IMG/VR virus record: IMGVR_UViG_3300021499_000001
Strand: one strand, 5' to 3'
Length of the DNA stretch: 64,000 nucleotides
Origin: an uncultured virus (IMG/VR IMGVR_UViG_3300021499_000001)
Taxonomy: Duplodnaviria; Heunggongvirae; Uroviricota; Caudoviricetes
The number at the start of each line of letters is the position of its first letter. Within the stretch, counting starts at the first letter, position 1. This document shows positions 28,761 through 38,600 of the stretch, one piece after another. The notes under the pieces were generated by a model that did not search any database, had not been told where the DNA came from, and worked only from the letters and a program-made list of their open reading frames with translations. The translations under genes and the position numbers were made by a program.

Positions 28761-29438
28761 ATGGATCCCAAAGAGTATAAACAGCAGCATGGTGTTGATA
28801 TTTTTGCGGTTGGTTGTAATGTTCTGAAAAATACTTATAAGGCATATTTCCCTATTATGTCTGTTGCTGATCTTACGACTGATGTTACATATAATGACCC
28901 TGCGCGGGTTCATCTATTAAATGTTGTACGAAACCTTGTTGAAAAGATAAGTTTAGGAACGATGACTGATGATGATTTAGTTGCTGTTATGGGTGGTTGC
29001 ATTCATCTTGAAAAGAATATGCAACCTATTGATCCGATGTCTGTAGAGAATGCTATAGCTAAGCTCTTAGCTGAACGGTGGGTTACTGCAATGGGGTTCT
29101 TTGATACACCGCGGGTTTATGTTGCTGAAGTAGATGGGCAAACATGCGATGTTGTTGAAACTGTTTATGCAGGTAAGGTTTATAAAATTTATCTAAAACC
29201 CATATCAGGTGACAATGATCCCCGTATTGAGCATGTATTGAAGGTATTGGGTAGAGAGTATACGATTGATCAGACATATGATGTATTTAGAAGTTCAGTT
29301 GTAAAGGTTGAAGCCGCGCCATTTGGACAGCTGTCATTTGAGGATGTTGAACTTAATGATAAAGTGCTTTTTGCAAGTGCTGTTATGGCATGGATTGAGA
29401 ATACAGGTAGCGTTGAATATGATTATGAAATTATATAA
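28761..29438 (+). CDS. Hypothetical protein, tail assembly chaperone position
   Basis: Acidic 225-aa ORF between tube genes and the first giant protein. Confidence 0.5.
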   Translation: MDPKEYKQQHGVDIFAVGCNVLKNTYKAYFPIMSVADLTTDVTYNDPARVHLLNVVRNLVEKISLGTMTDDDLVAVMGGCIHLEKNMQPIDPMSVENAIAKLLAERWVTAMGFFDTPRVYVAEVDGQTCDVVETVYAGKVYKIYLKPISGDNDPRIEHVLKVLGREYTIDQTYDVFRSSVVKVEAAPFGQLSFEDVELNDKVLFASAVMAWIENTGSVEYDYEII

Positions 29439-29815
29439 TGGAACTTATACGCATCAAGTATGGGGATACCACCTATGAATTTAATTATCCCACCCTATTT
29501 GATTACTACTTGTTTATTGATGGTCAAAAAGTTCGGGTATTTGATCGCCTCGCATTAAGGGATTATAATATTACATCAATTAAGAAGGCGCGCATTATAA
29601 CCATCCTCTTTCGCCACTTCCCTGCCTTTGCTACTGAGGATGAGGTATTTTCCAATATACCGGATGCTGGTGGTTTAATTTATTTGATGCAAGTGTTTGG
29701 ATATAAACCTCATGAATTATTGCAGTTAAATCCTTATGAGCTTGATTTTGCGGTAAGGTTGGCTGAGTATATAAATAATCCAAAACCAGACAATGACAGT
29801 AGTCCGCAGGAATAA
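29438..29815 (+). CDS. Putative tail assembly chaperone
   Basis: TAATG-coupled; FGYKPHELLQLNPYEL resembles chaperone C-terminal (gpT/gpE'-like) motifs. Confidence 0.5.
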   Translation: MELIRIKYGDTTYEFNYPTLFDYYLFIDGQKVRVFDRLALRDYNITSIKKARIITILFRHFPAFATEDEVFSNIPDAGGLIYLMQVFGYKPHELLQLNPYELDFAVRLAEYINNPKPDNDSSPQE

Positions 29816-32800
29816 GCCCTTTCTTTTCCAGAGTGATTTAGCACGCATACGTACAGATGAGACATTGCGCAGTCGTTATGGGTGGGGTCGTACACTTTTG
29901 CGTTTTGGAGTGGCGATGGCTTCCTTTGCTGTTTTATCTTATGGTGCGCGTTCATTATCCCGTGCGTGGCGTGCGTTGGCTACATCTGGAGCATTATCGA
30001 GGAAGTTTGTTGAAGGCGTTAAGGCAGTAAAGAAGTTAGGGCTTGAACAGGGTAATTTACTTGATGTGATATTATCAGTATCTAGGCGTGCGCGTCGGGT
30101 TGCTTATAAATATGTCAAATGGTCACAAGATTATAGAGATGCGTCGCGGCTTCTGCATTTTGGTAAGGCATTAAGGAAAATATGGAGCGGTGGTAAAGCA
30201 TCATTAAAGGGGTTTAGGAAGGCGCGTGAGGCTTATCGGCGGGTTGGGTTACGGGGTGCGTTGTTTGGTGCTTTTTTGCGTGGTGCAGAAAGAGGTGTTG
30301 GATTTGCGATTTTATCTTCGGCTGCTGATGCATTAACACATTCGTTTATAACACCTGCGGATAGAGAGAAGACAAGAAAGTATGGTCCTGTTGCTCGTGT
30401 GAAGCGTTTTTTCACCGATGTTGTCCTATTTAGTGGATTACAAGGACTTTGGGGTGTATCAAAAGTTACCTTTCCTACCTATATACATAGGTATAGCCCG
30501 CAGATACAGCGTTTTCTTACCCGCATTGGGGCACCTACATACATAGCTAAATTTTATGGTTGGAGGCGCCGCTTCTATGATTATCTAATCCGCGCTATAG
30601 AATATAAGCAGAAGTTTACTCAGAAATTGCAGGGTGCTAATATATGGCAGCACATAAAGCAGCAGATGAAGGAGCATCCGGGGTTGGGTGCTGTTGCAAC
30701 CTATTTGCGGGAGCAGATAAGGGAAGCTCATCTACATGCTAAGAAATCGTTTAGGAGGCCGGGTGGATTCCCACCAAGGAGTGGTTATGATACGGTTATA
30801 ACGATGATGAATTATGCGAAGGAGGTTAATGTTAAGGATCCTAAATTTGCAGCGGAGATTGCAGCTCAAGCTGTTGGACGTTATAAGGGTGTGAGTAAGT
30901 GGCGGCGGCTTCTTAATATTGAACGTGAGAGGTTGACTAAGAAGCAGGCTGTTGCTTTCAGGGAGATGCTTGAGAAAATGGGGTTTAGCAAGTCATGGAT
31001 CGAGACATTAAAGGGGGAGGAACGCAAGTTTTATGAGAATCTGTATTACCGTGTGATGAGGGGACCATTGTTCCATGGTCCTGGATGGTTTGAGGTTGCT
31101 GGTCAAAAGTTTTCGCAGTATGAGACACGTTATTTTGTAAAAAGAATTCTCCAGAATCTATATGCTGGTCGATGGAGGGGGGTTACACGCATTTTGGCTT
31201 CTGCGGCAGGCTTAGACCTCTATGCCAACCGCAGACCTGTATTTATCTTCCATCCCACCATGGATATACCAATGAGTGTTCCTATACCGACTGATGAAGG
31301 TGTTCGTATGCTTCGTTTAGTAACCGAACGTGGCAATGATCGGGTCCGTCATGGAATTGTATTCTTACAAAATAAGTTATATAGATTGTCACCGACAGAG
31401 GAAGGTGGTGAGTATTTTGTAGACAGAGTTATAGAAAATGTTAAATTATATGAAAGCCCGGCTTACAACATATTAAAGAGGGAGTTAACGCAGTATTATA
31501 TCAAGCAGAGGCGGCGCACAGATGAAATAGGTTTGCGTCCACCTGGTGAATATGTTAGGGATATAATTAGGAAACTATCACAGGGTGTTGATAAGGCTAG
31601 TTTAGAAGAATTGGTTAATGTGTATAAATCAACTCGTTCGACGGCTCATATTATATTTGGTAAATTGTTATCGAAGAAGGAGGTTCGTGAGGTTGCATCA
31701 CAGATTTTGGAGCAATTAGGTGCGAGTAGAGCGCAAAGAATCTTGCAGATGGATGAGGCATCATTAATCAGGGAACTTGAGAAGGTTATAGAAAAGCCTG
31801 CACAGGTAACGGAGCGGCTTCGTAATAGATTTATTTATCTTGTAAATGCGGCACGTAGCAAAATGAGGACTATGAAGGATCTTTTGAATCAGGAGTTTAT
31901 AGGTTCTGGATATGCAGAAGCACGGGCTAGACATGTTATTGAATCGTTCTTAATTGAGCAACATTTGACACCAGAAATAAGGGCGAAATTCTTTAGCAGG
32001 CTTGCTGAGGAGCAGTTGATCGGGAAGTGGATAAGGAAGCCGGCTTATACGCATTTCTTCAAAGCATTAGCAGAGCTGGCGCCTGTGGAAATGGATGCAG
32101 AAGCTCTCAGATCTACTATAAAGGGCGCGCTTAATGATATTGTAGTCGGTTGGAAAAAGTTACCTACAGTTGATCCATTTAGGCCGATATCTGCTTTGTT
32201 CCAGTATGGGGGATTAGGTATCCATAGATTATTTGAGCCTACCATAGAGGGTATACGGGTAATGGGTACTACAGTACCATTTACTGTTGTTAGAGAAGGT
32301 ATGAGTCCATTTAAACGGTATACGGTAACAAGTTTATTGTTTTCCCATCACTTACGACGTATATGGGGGTTTATGGATTATGTAAGCAAAGCTCCTCGCA
32401 AGTTTCCTATTATCAGACATTTGTTAAGGCGATTGGATCCTAGGTTGGCTGATACGGCGCATATCTTTCCATTTGAAACGAATACTACTGGTTGGACGGC
32501 TTCTGATATGATAAAGAATTTGTGGAAGCCGGCGGCTACATTATTAGCATTAGGTGTAGGTTATAAGGCTGTTGATACATTCTTTGATGAGAGTGGTTTA
32601 TTTGAAGGAACTGCATTAGGAGAGGGGTTGACACCTGCTATACTGGATGCATATGCATTAGGTCGTCTTTCCTTGGCAAGAGTATTGGATATTGCAGGTG
32701 TAACTGATGCAGCGCGGTATTTAGAGGGATTAATGCCGGGGTCTATGACATGGTTACCGGGTGCACTATATGGCGTATGGAAGTTTGCACCTGCAGGGCC

Positions 32801-35624
32801 GGCGGCTTCCGCTATGGGTGCATTAATAATGGGTGCAGTTAATAAAATGTTAGCGCCATTTTTGCCTGACTTAACAAAGAGTTACGATCAGCTGAAGAGG
32901 ATATATAGAGGTGAGGAGTATGTGCCTGTAAGGAGAGCAAGGTATTGGCCTTTATCTTTGACACCATGGGAAGGTTACGACATTGAATATTGGCGGCCTT
33001 CTCTATGGTTCATTGTAAGACAGCAGGCAAAATATACTCCTGATATAAGTGGTAGCAAGATACAGTCCTTATTACAGGGTGACTGGTTGTTTGGTTATAA
33101 TCCATTGCGTATATTTGATCCATATGCTAAGGAAAGACAGCATTATTTCTCTAGGCCGGCGCCTCTGACACAGTTACCATTTTGGGATGTGCCTGTTATA
33201 GGACCATTTTTAGCTTTGACTGTTGGACAGGTATTGAAACCACAACAGATGATGCATACAGCCTTTTTGAAGGAGATTTACCCTGGTGAGTATGGTGTGC
33301 CGAAGGGTGAGGTTGTCACACCGGAGGATTTATCTAATCCTGATCAGTATGTATCAGCTATGCAATCTAACCAGGCTGTTGCAATGTTGATGAACAGATA
33401 TACGGGGCGGGCTTACAGGCATGTCACAGGGGATATGCTTAATAGAGGTATAACGGAGACTCTTTATAGGACGATGGAGATGGCGGGTTTAAGAGGTTAC
33501 TTGACATCGTTATTATTAGGAACACAGACACCGCTTAATTTCAGTAGGTACCTAGAAATGTATGGTGAGAACGAAGGGTTTTTATCTGAATACTGGAACA
33601 TGGAGCTTAATGATGTAGCAGGTGGATTGTCTGAGATGATAAGAAGATTTAGACCCGACAAGCGGATAAATACAGTTAACCCTATTCCTAACCTTATGGC
33701 ACAGTTTTTACCTGAAGGGGAGTATGGTGGTAGCGATTTCTTGCATGGTGACCCTTATACTAAAATTCCTATGGGTTTCATAAGATTGCCAGGGACTGGA
33801 TATGAAGCAACACATAATGTAATGCATACATTTCCTGCATCGTTAAGAATGTTGGGTAAGACAGTAACAGAAATAAGGGACATTATGGCTGGGTGGGAGG
33901 ATATTATTGAGGAGAGAACGGAACGGGAGCTAAATCGATTTTATGATGCTAAAAAGATTGTGCAGGGGTTGCTTGAGATATCAGGACAGAATGTTGAGAT
34001 GGATGTGCAGATTTACGATCCATATAACAACATTGTGGGTACTGTTGATGCTGTTGTGAGGAGAGGGCGATTTAGACAACCTATTATTATACGTCCTGTT
34101 AGTGAGGAAGAGTTTAGGGAGCTTGTTGCCCCGAAGGAGGAGCATGCGAGTCAGGTGAATTTTGCTATGAAGTTTTTTGGTGCGAAAACAGGTAAATTGA
34201 TTTATGTGAATGTGAGGTCGCCTGAGCAGATTAAAACCTACACCATCTTTTTTGATCCATCGAGGTTCAGAGAAGATATAAGTGCGTTAAAAAAAGCGAG
34301 AGAGCAGGCTGGTGAGTTATTGAGGGCAGGAGCTGTTTTTGATTATGGTCGTAGCTATAGCTGGTTTGATAGATATAGGATTTTAGCTGATGTTGCTCCT
34401 TTATCTGATCAGTATAAGCAGGCGCGTGCTATTGTATTGAAGCAATTGCAACAGGGATTTTTGCCGCAGGAGTTATGGGATGAGGTACATGAAATTGAGC
34501 GAAGGCGGCTGCTTCAACTTTTAAAGTATCCTATGTACGTGCGCCGATTTACTGGTGAAAATGTTGTTGAAACAGTACAGAAGTTGTTACACCCGCCCAG
34601 ACTTACGGGTCGTGAGTTATCGCTATCTTTTAATCCATATTTAAAATCGCCTGATGAATACAGTTTACCAGAGAGGATTGTGGGTAGTATCTGGGAGACA
34701 TTTACACATTTACCAACACCTTATAATAGGAAATTCTTCTTCCAGTACTCACCATCGGAGATTTATAAGTACTTCCATTTATATGATAGGGAGTATAAAG
34801 CATGGACGCGGCCTGTCGAGGATTGGGTTAAACCACAGGTTAGAACGATGCTCGCTTCCCAGGGCATTATGGAGGGTGCGGCTTCATGGGCTACAGCAGG
34901 TTATGCTATCGGTAGATTATACGGCGGGCTTATAGGTGCAGTGGCTGGATCCATATATGGATTGATACCTAAGCCGCCGATGATACCGGGGGATGTGGAG
35001 AAGGCACGCGAGGCTTATTCGTATTATGATAAATTGAAATATGCACGTAACATGCAGTTTTATGTTATGACAGGTAATAGAATATATGAGGAGCGTGCTG
35101 AACGGACCTTATTAGGTGCGAAGAACTTACGTGATTATGTAAGAGCATTACCTCGTTTTGAGCGTCCATTTACTGTAGCGTTTATGAACATAACTGATGA
35201 GAGTGAAAGAGAAAGGATAAGGCAGATTATATCACCTGAGGCGCGTCGTGCTCTAGATGCAGCATGGGCAAGACGTGAATTGCGGTATAGTGTTGAAGAG
35301 GGCGGTTATGAGGAGGTACCGAGAACACCAGCTAATTGGGCTGGTTGGATTTTTGCGATACCTGATGAGGATATTTATGTAAAGGAGCTTGAGCAGCGGG
35401 GTGTTGATCCTCTAGATTTTGGTTATGGTTATCATGGTCAGGCAGCTGCTGTACGTCGTCTATCTGAAGATTTTGCTATACCTGATCAAACTGTAGACGT
35501 CGTAAATATTATGGATGTACAGGAAACGATAGTAAGGTCATTGCAGGCGCAGGGTATTAGAGCCTCAGTGTCCATCATGGGATTTGATAATAGTAGAAGG
35601 GTTGATGTTGTTATTTATAAATAA
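29793..35624 (+). CDS. Giant virion protein (1943 aa) at tape-measure position with degenerate Cas4-like PD-(D/E)XK domain
   Basis: Basic N-terminus; Gly/Ala hydrophobic segments (ATAGYAIGRLYGGLIGAVAGSIYGLI); IVGTVDAVV..HASQVNFAM..GKLIYVN near 33990-34260. Confidence 0.6.
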   Translation: MTVVRRNKPFLFQSDLARIRTDETLRSRYGWGRTLLRFGVAMASFAVLSYGARSLSRAWRALATSGALSRKFVEGVKAVKKLGLEQGNLLDVILSVSRRARRVAYKYVKWSQDYRDASRLLHFGKALRKIWSGGKASLKGFRKAREAYRRVGLRGALFGAFLRGAERGVGFAILSSAADALTHSFITPADREKTRKYGPVARVKRFFTDVVLFSGLQGLWGVSKVTFPTYIHRYSPQIQRFLTRIGAPTYIAKFYGWRRRFYDYLIRAIEYKQKFTQKLQGANIWQHIKQQMKEHPGLGAVATYLREQIREAHLHAKKSFRRPGGFPPRSGYDTVITMMNYAKEVNVKDPKFAAEIAAQAVGRYKGVSKWRRLLNIERERLTKKQAVAFREMLEKMGFSKSWIETLKGEERKFYENLYYRVMRGPLFHGPGWFEVAGQKFSQYETRYFVKRILQNLYAGRWRGVTRILASAAGLDLYANRRPVFIFHPTMDIPMSVPIPTDEGVRMLRLVTERGNDRVRHGIVFLQNKLYRLSPTEEGGEYFVDRVIENVKLYESPAYNILKRELTQYYIKQRRRTDEIGLRPPGEYVRDIIRKLSQGVDKASLEELVNVYKSTRSTAHIIFGKLLSKKEVREVASQILEQLGASRAQRILQMDEASLIRELEKVIEKPAQVTERLRNRFIYLVNAARSKMRTMKDLLNQEFIGSGYAEARARHVIESFLIEQHLTPEIRAKFFSRLAEEQLIGKWIRKPAYTHFFKALAELAPVEMDAEALRSTIKGALNDIVVGWKKLPTVDPFRPISALFQYGGLGIHRLFEPTIEGIRVMGTTVPFTVVREGMSPFKRYTVTSLLFSHHLRRIWGFMDYVSKAPRKFPIIRHLLRRLDPRLADTAHIFPFETNTTGWTASDMIKNLWKPAATLLALGVGYKAVDTFFDESGLFEGTALGEGLTPAILDAYALGRLSLARVLDIAGVTDAARYLEGLMPGSMTWLPGALYGVWKFAPAGPAASAMGALIMGAVNKMLAPFLPDLTKSYDQLKRIYRGEEYVPVRRARYWPLSLTPWEGYDIEYWRPSLWFIVRQQAKYTPDISGSKIQSLLQGDWLFGYNPLRIFDPYAKERQHYFSRPAPLTQLPFWDVPVIGPFLALTVGQVLKPQQMMHTAFLKEIYPGEYGVPKGEVVTPEDLSNPDQYVSAMQSNQAVAMLMNRYTGRAYRHVTGDMLNRGITETLYRTMEMAGLRGYLTSLLLGTQTPLNFSRYLEMYGENEGFLSEYWNMELNDVAGGLSEMIRRFRPDKRINTVNPIPNLMAQFLPEGEYGGSDFLHGDPYTKIPMGFIRLPGTGYEATHNVMHTFPASLRMLGKTVTEIRDIMAGWEDIIEERTERELNRFYDAKKIVQGLLEISGQNVEMDVQIYDPYNNIVGTVDAVVRRGRFRQPIIIRPVSEEEFRELVAPKEEHASQVNFAMKFFGAKTGKLIYVNVRSPEQIKTYTIFFDPSRFREDISALKKAREQAGELLRAGAVFDYGRSYSWFDRYRILADVAPLSDQYKQARAIVLKQLQQGFLPQELWDEVHEIERRRLLQLLKYPMYVRRFTGENVVETVQKLLHPPRLTGRELSLSFNPYLKSPDEYSLPERIVGSIWETFTHLPTPYNRKFFFQYSPSEIYKYFHLYDREYKAWTRPVEDWVKPQVRTMLASQGIMEGAASWATAGYAIGRLYGGLIGAVAGSIYGLIPKPPMIPGDVEKAREAYSYYDKLKYARNMQFYVMTGNRIYEERAERTLLGAKNLRDYVRALPRFERPFTVAFMNITDESERERIRQIISPEARRALDAAWARRELRYSVEEGGYEEVPRTPANWAGWIFAIPDEDIYVKELEQRGVDPLDFGYGYHGQAAAVRRLSEDFAIPDQTVDVVNIMDVQETIVRSLQAQGIRASVSIMGFDNSRRVDVVIYK

Positions 35625-38600
35625 TGGCAGTTATAAGAAAAAAACATACATACCTGCGTACTTTTACACGCAGGAAGGAACGTGAGAAGGGTAATCGTTT
35701 TGCGAAATTTGGACTGGGGGTTGCTGCTCTTGTACCTATTGTTTATTTGATCAAGGGACGCGGTTTTGAGAGGTTACATGACTTTCTTAAGACCTTTGCC
35801 GAGGCTTCATATAAGAAGGAAGCGCGGGCTTCAGAAGCATCTCTATGGGCGTATGGGCCTCTAGATAAGATAAAAAAAGCTTTCATGGATAATCCATTTT
35901 TGTCAGTGCTGGGTACTGTTACCAAAAAGGAAGCACAGGGAAGGTCTGTAAGGGAGGTATTGAATAAATTAAAAGATATTGTTGAGCTTCTGCGTGAATA
36001 CTATTCAGTAGCTGAAATAAGAAAGTTGTTTAATGAAGACATTGTTCCTTATGCTGATAAAGCATCCAAGCTAATTGTTGAGGAGGAGAAACAATTATTG
36101 TATAGGTATCAGTTGATGTTCGAGCGGGCGCTTCAAATTCTCACAAGGAGGATTAATGAAAAAGGATGGTTTCCATGGGACCCATTTCATTTTCGTCTTC
36201 TAAGTAAGTATTTACCACATAGCTATAAATTTGGATTATTTTATGGTATGATGCCGAGTTTTTCGGCGCCTCTATTTGAGATTTCTACAGCTGGTGGACA
36301 GTTTGCACAGATTTTTCAAAGGGAGATAAAGAATCTATCAGAAAGTGAGGTTTTACTTGGCCAACATATTGAGCAGGTTATAAAAGATTATGTAAACAAG
36401 CATGTAGTTGTGAACCCTGAGTGGGAGCTTGCTGCTAGTGAGGTATTTAAGCATCTATCAGCTGAGGAGCATTTACAGGTTCGAAATCTTGTTACAAGGA
36501 TTACAGAACAAGTAGCTAAGTGGTTGCATCGTCATGCTGGTATTGATGCAACAGATCTACCTGATGTACAAGTTGTTATTAAGGCGCAACGTTATTATGA
36601 CGTCCCTATATTAGTTGCGCAGCTATCGGTTGTCGATCTGCGTGGTGTTAAAAGAAGTGTAGAGATTAAGCTTGGTGTTCCTCAGAAAAGTGGATTGATG
36701 GCGGCTATAGGAAATTATCCAACAGCAAATGTCAGATTTGCTCAGGGGAATAGAGTAAGGTCGATCTTTTCCTTGAAGCTGGAACGCTTGGGCGAGATGT
36801 TTGAGCATGCCTTGAATGATTTGTACGAAGGGAAATCAGAAGATTATGTTACTAGGCGCATTCATAGAATCATTGGGCGATATGACTTATATGGAACAGG
36901 ACGTAATGATAAGGCGTTCCAGTTAGTGCATTCTATTGTTGATAAGGACTTTAAAGATTATGCGGCTTATAGTGCTAAAAAGAGGTTTTTGAAGCGCGCT
37001 GCTGAATTAATACTTGGAGTGAGAAAGGGTAAGTATCGGCTATTTATGGATGCTGAGTGGGTCATGGCTGGTATATCGAGTACTGGTACACAATATGCTG
37101 TAACTGAATCCCGCCGGCGATTAATATGGAGTTTTGCCATACAGGTTTTTGATGATCTTGGTAATGAAGTTGATAAATTAGTTGTATTCATCGATCCGAA
37201 AACGATAAGCGATGAATTTTTCATGTCGCAGGTACGTCGTTTCGGGTTATCAAAAGCAGCTGCTGAGGAGGCATTAAGGGCAGTTAGAGGACGTGTTGCA
37301 ATGCCTGCTGGATATGTCAGGGTTGGTAGTGAGATGGAAGCTAGCCGGCTTATATGTAAGAAAATAAAAGATATAATTAACAAGTATGGTAAGGACGATC
37401 TACTTGTTATGGGTAAGAACTTTTGGAGCTCGGAGGTTGCGCTATTGGAGCGGGCCTTCAAGGCTGATAGCAGCATCTTGAATTATATCAAAAGAAAATT
37501 AGTTGATATAGAGGATATATATAGGTTAGTATATGGTGCTAAGGCTATTAATAGATCGTTAAGTGTTGAAGCTATTCTCGATTACGTAAAGGTATCAGAT
37601 GAAGGATCGAAATTATTGGGCCGGCTTCTTAATTATGAACCAAAAGTTGAGGTCCAAGCATTTGCTAACTTAGTTAGATCACTACATTTTGGTGAGCAGG
37701 ATAACAGGATTGCATATATCCTATCAAAAATTGCGGAGAGCATGGTTAATAATGATCCTGAGCTACGTGAGAGAGTACTAAGGATTTATGATATTGTAGC
37801 GAAGTCGCAGGGGGCTGTGTTATCGTTTACTACACAACAGGAGTTCATGCAGCAGGCTTACAATTATGTAAAGGAGCAATTGAAATCTGTCGGTGTTGGT
37901 TCGCCTAATGCTGCACGTAAGTGGCGTTTTGAGTATCCATTTAATCCAGCTGATTGGGTTCCGTTATTTGTTCCAACCTTAGAAAAACAAAGGTATCAGT
38001 TGGGCCGCGGCTTACCTCTGTCAGAGGCGTCAAAAAGATTGCTTGAAACTCTGAAAAAGGAGTATGCGAGGCGCGTATTGGGGTTGGGTGAGGCTGATAT
38101 CAATTATTTAGGGCCGGCGCTTATTTCTATGCCATTTAAGAGATTCCTAGAACAGCAGATGTTATATAATGTCCGTAGTGTATTTACGATACCTGTCTTC
38201 TCAACATTTTTCCCATTTGCTGGCGAAGGGCACATGTTTATACATAGGCGGCTTACTGAGCTATCGACAGTAGTTCAGGAGGTAATTAGTCAGAAGATCC
38301 CGATAAGTAGGTTAGAGAATATGGATGCTCGTATGCAGTTGTGGACGAAACTGTTTGAGTCTGCTATGGAGGCAATTAAGACATCGCCTAGGTTGGGTCG
38401 TTTAATAGAAGAGCGTTTTAATAATGATATTGTAAGATTTTTAAGAGCATTAGATTTATCTATTGTAATAGCTAGACGTCAAGGGTGGATTAAAGATTAT
38501 GAACGTTTCGCGGATGTATTAACACGGTTCTTCCCCGAATTTCCCATTAAGCGTTTTGCAGGGGCAGCCATAGGTGGGGACTTAAAGGGGCTTACTATTA

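Noticed and set aside
29340..29445. Programmed frameshift between the two chaperone-position genes
   Set aside because: No clear X XXY YYZ slippery heptamer seen near the end of the first gene. The TAATG overlap explains the second start.
33940..34300. Cas4-like segment as evidence of a CRISPR-Cas system
   Set aside because: It is an internal domain of a giant virion-region protein. No repeat-spacer array or other cas genes were seen.
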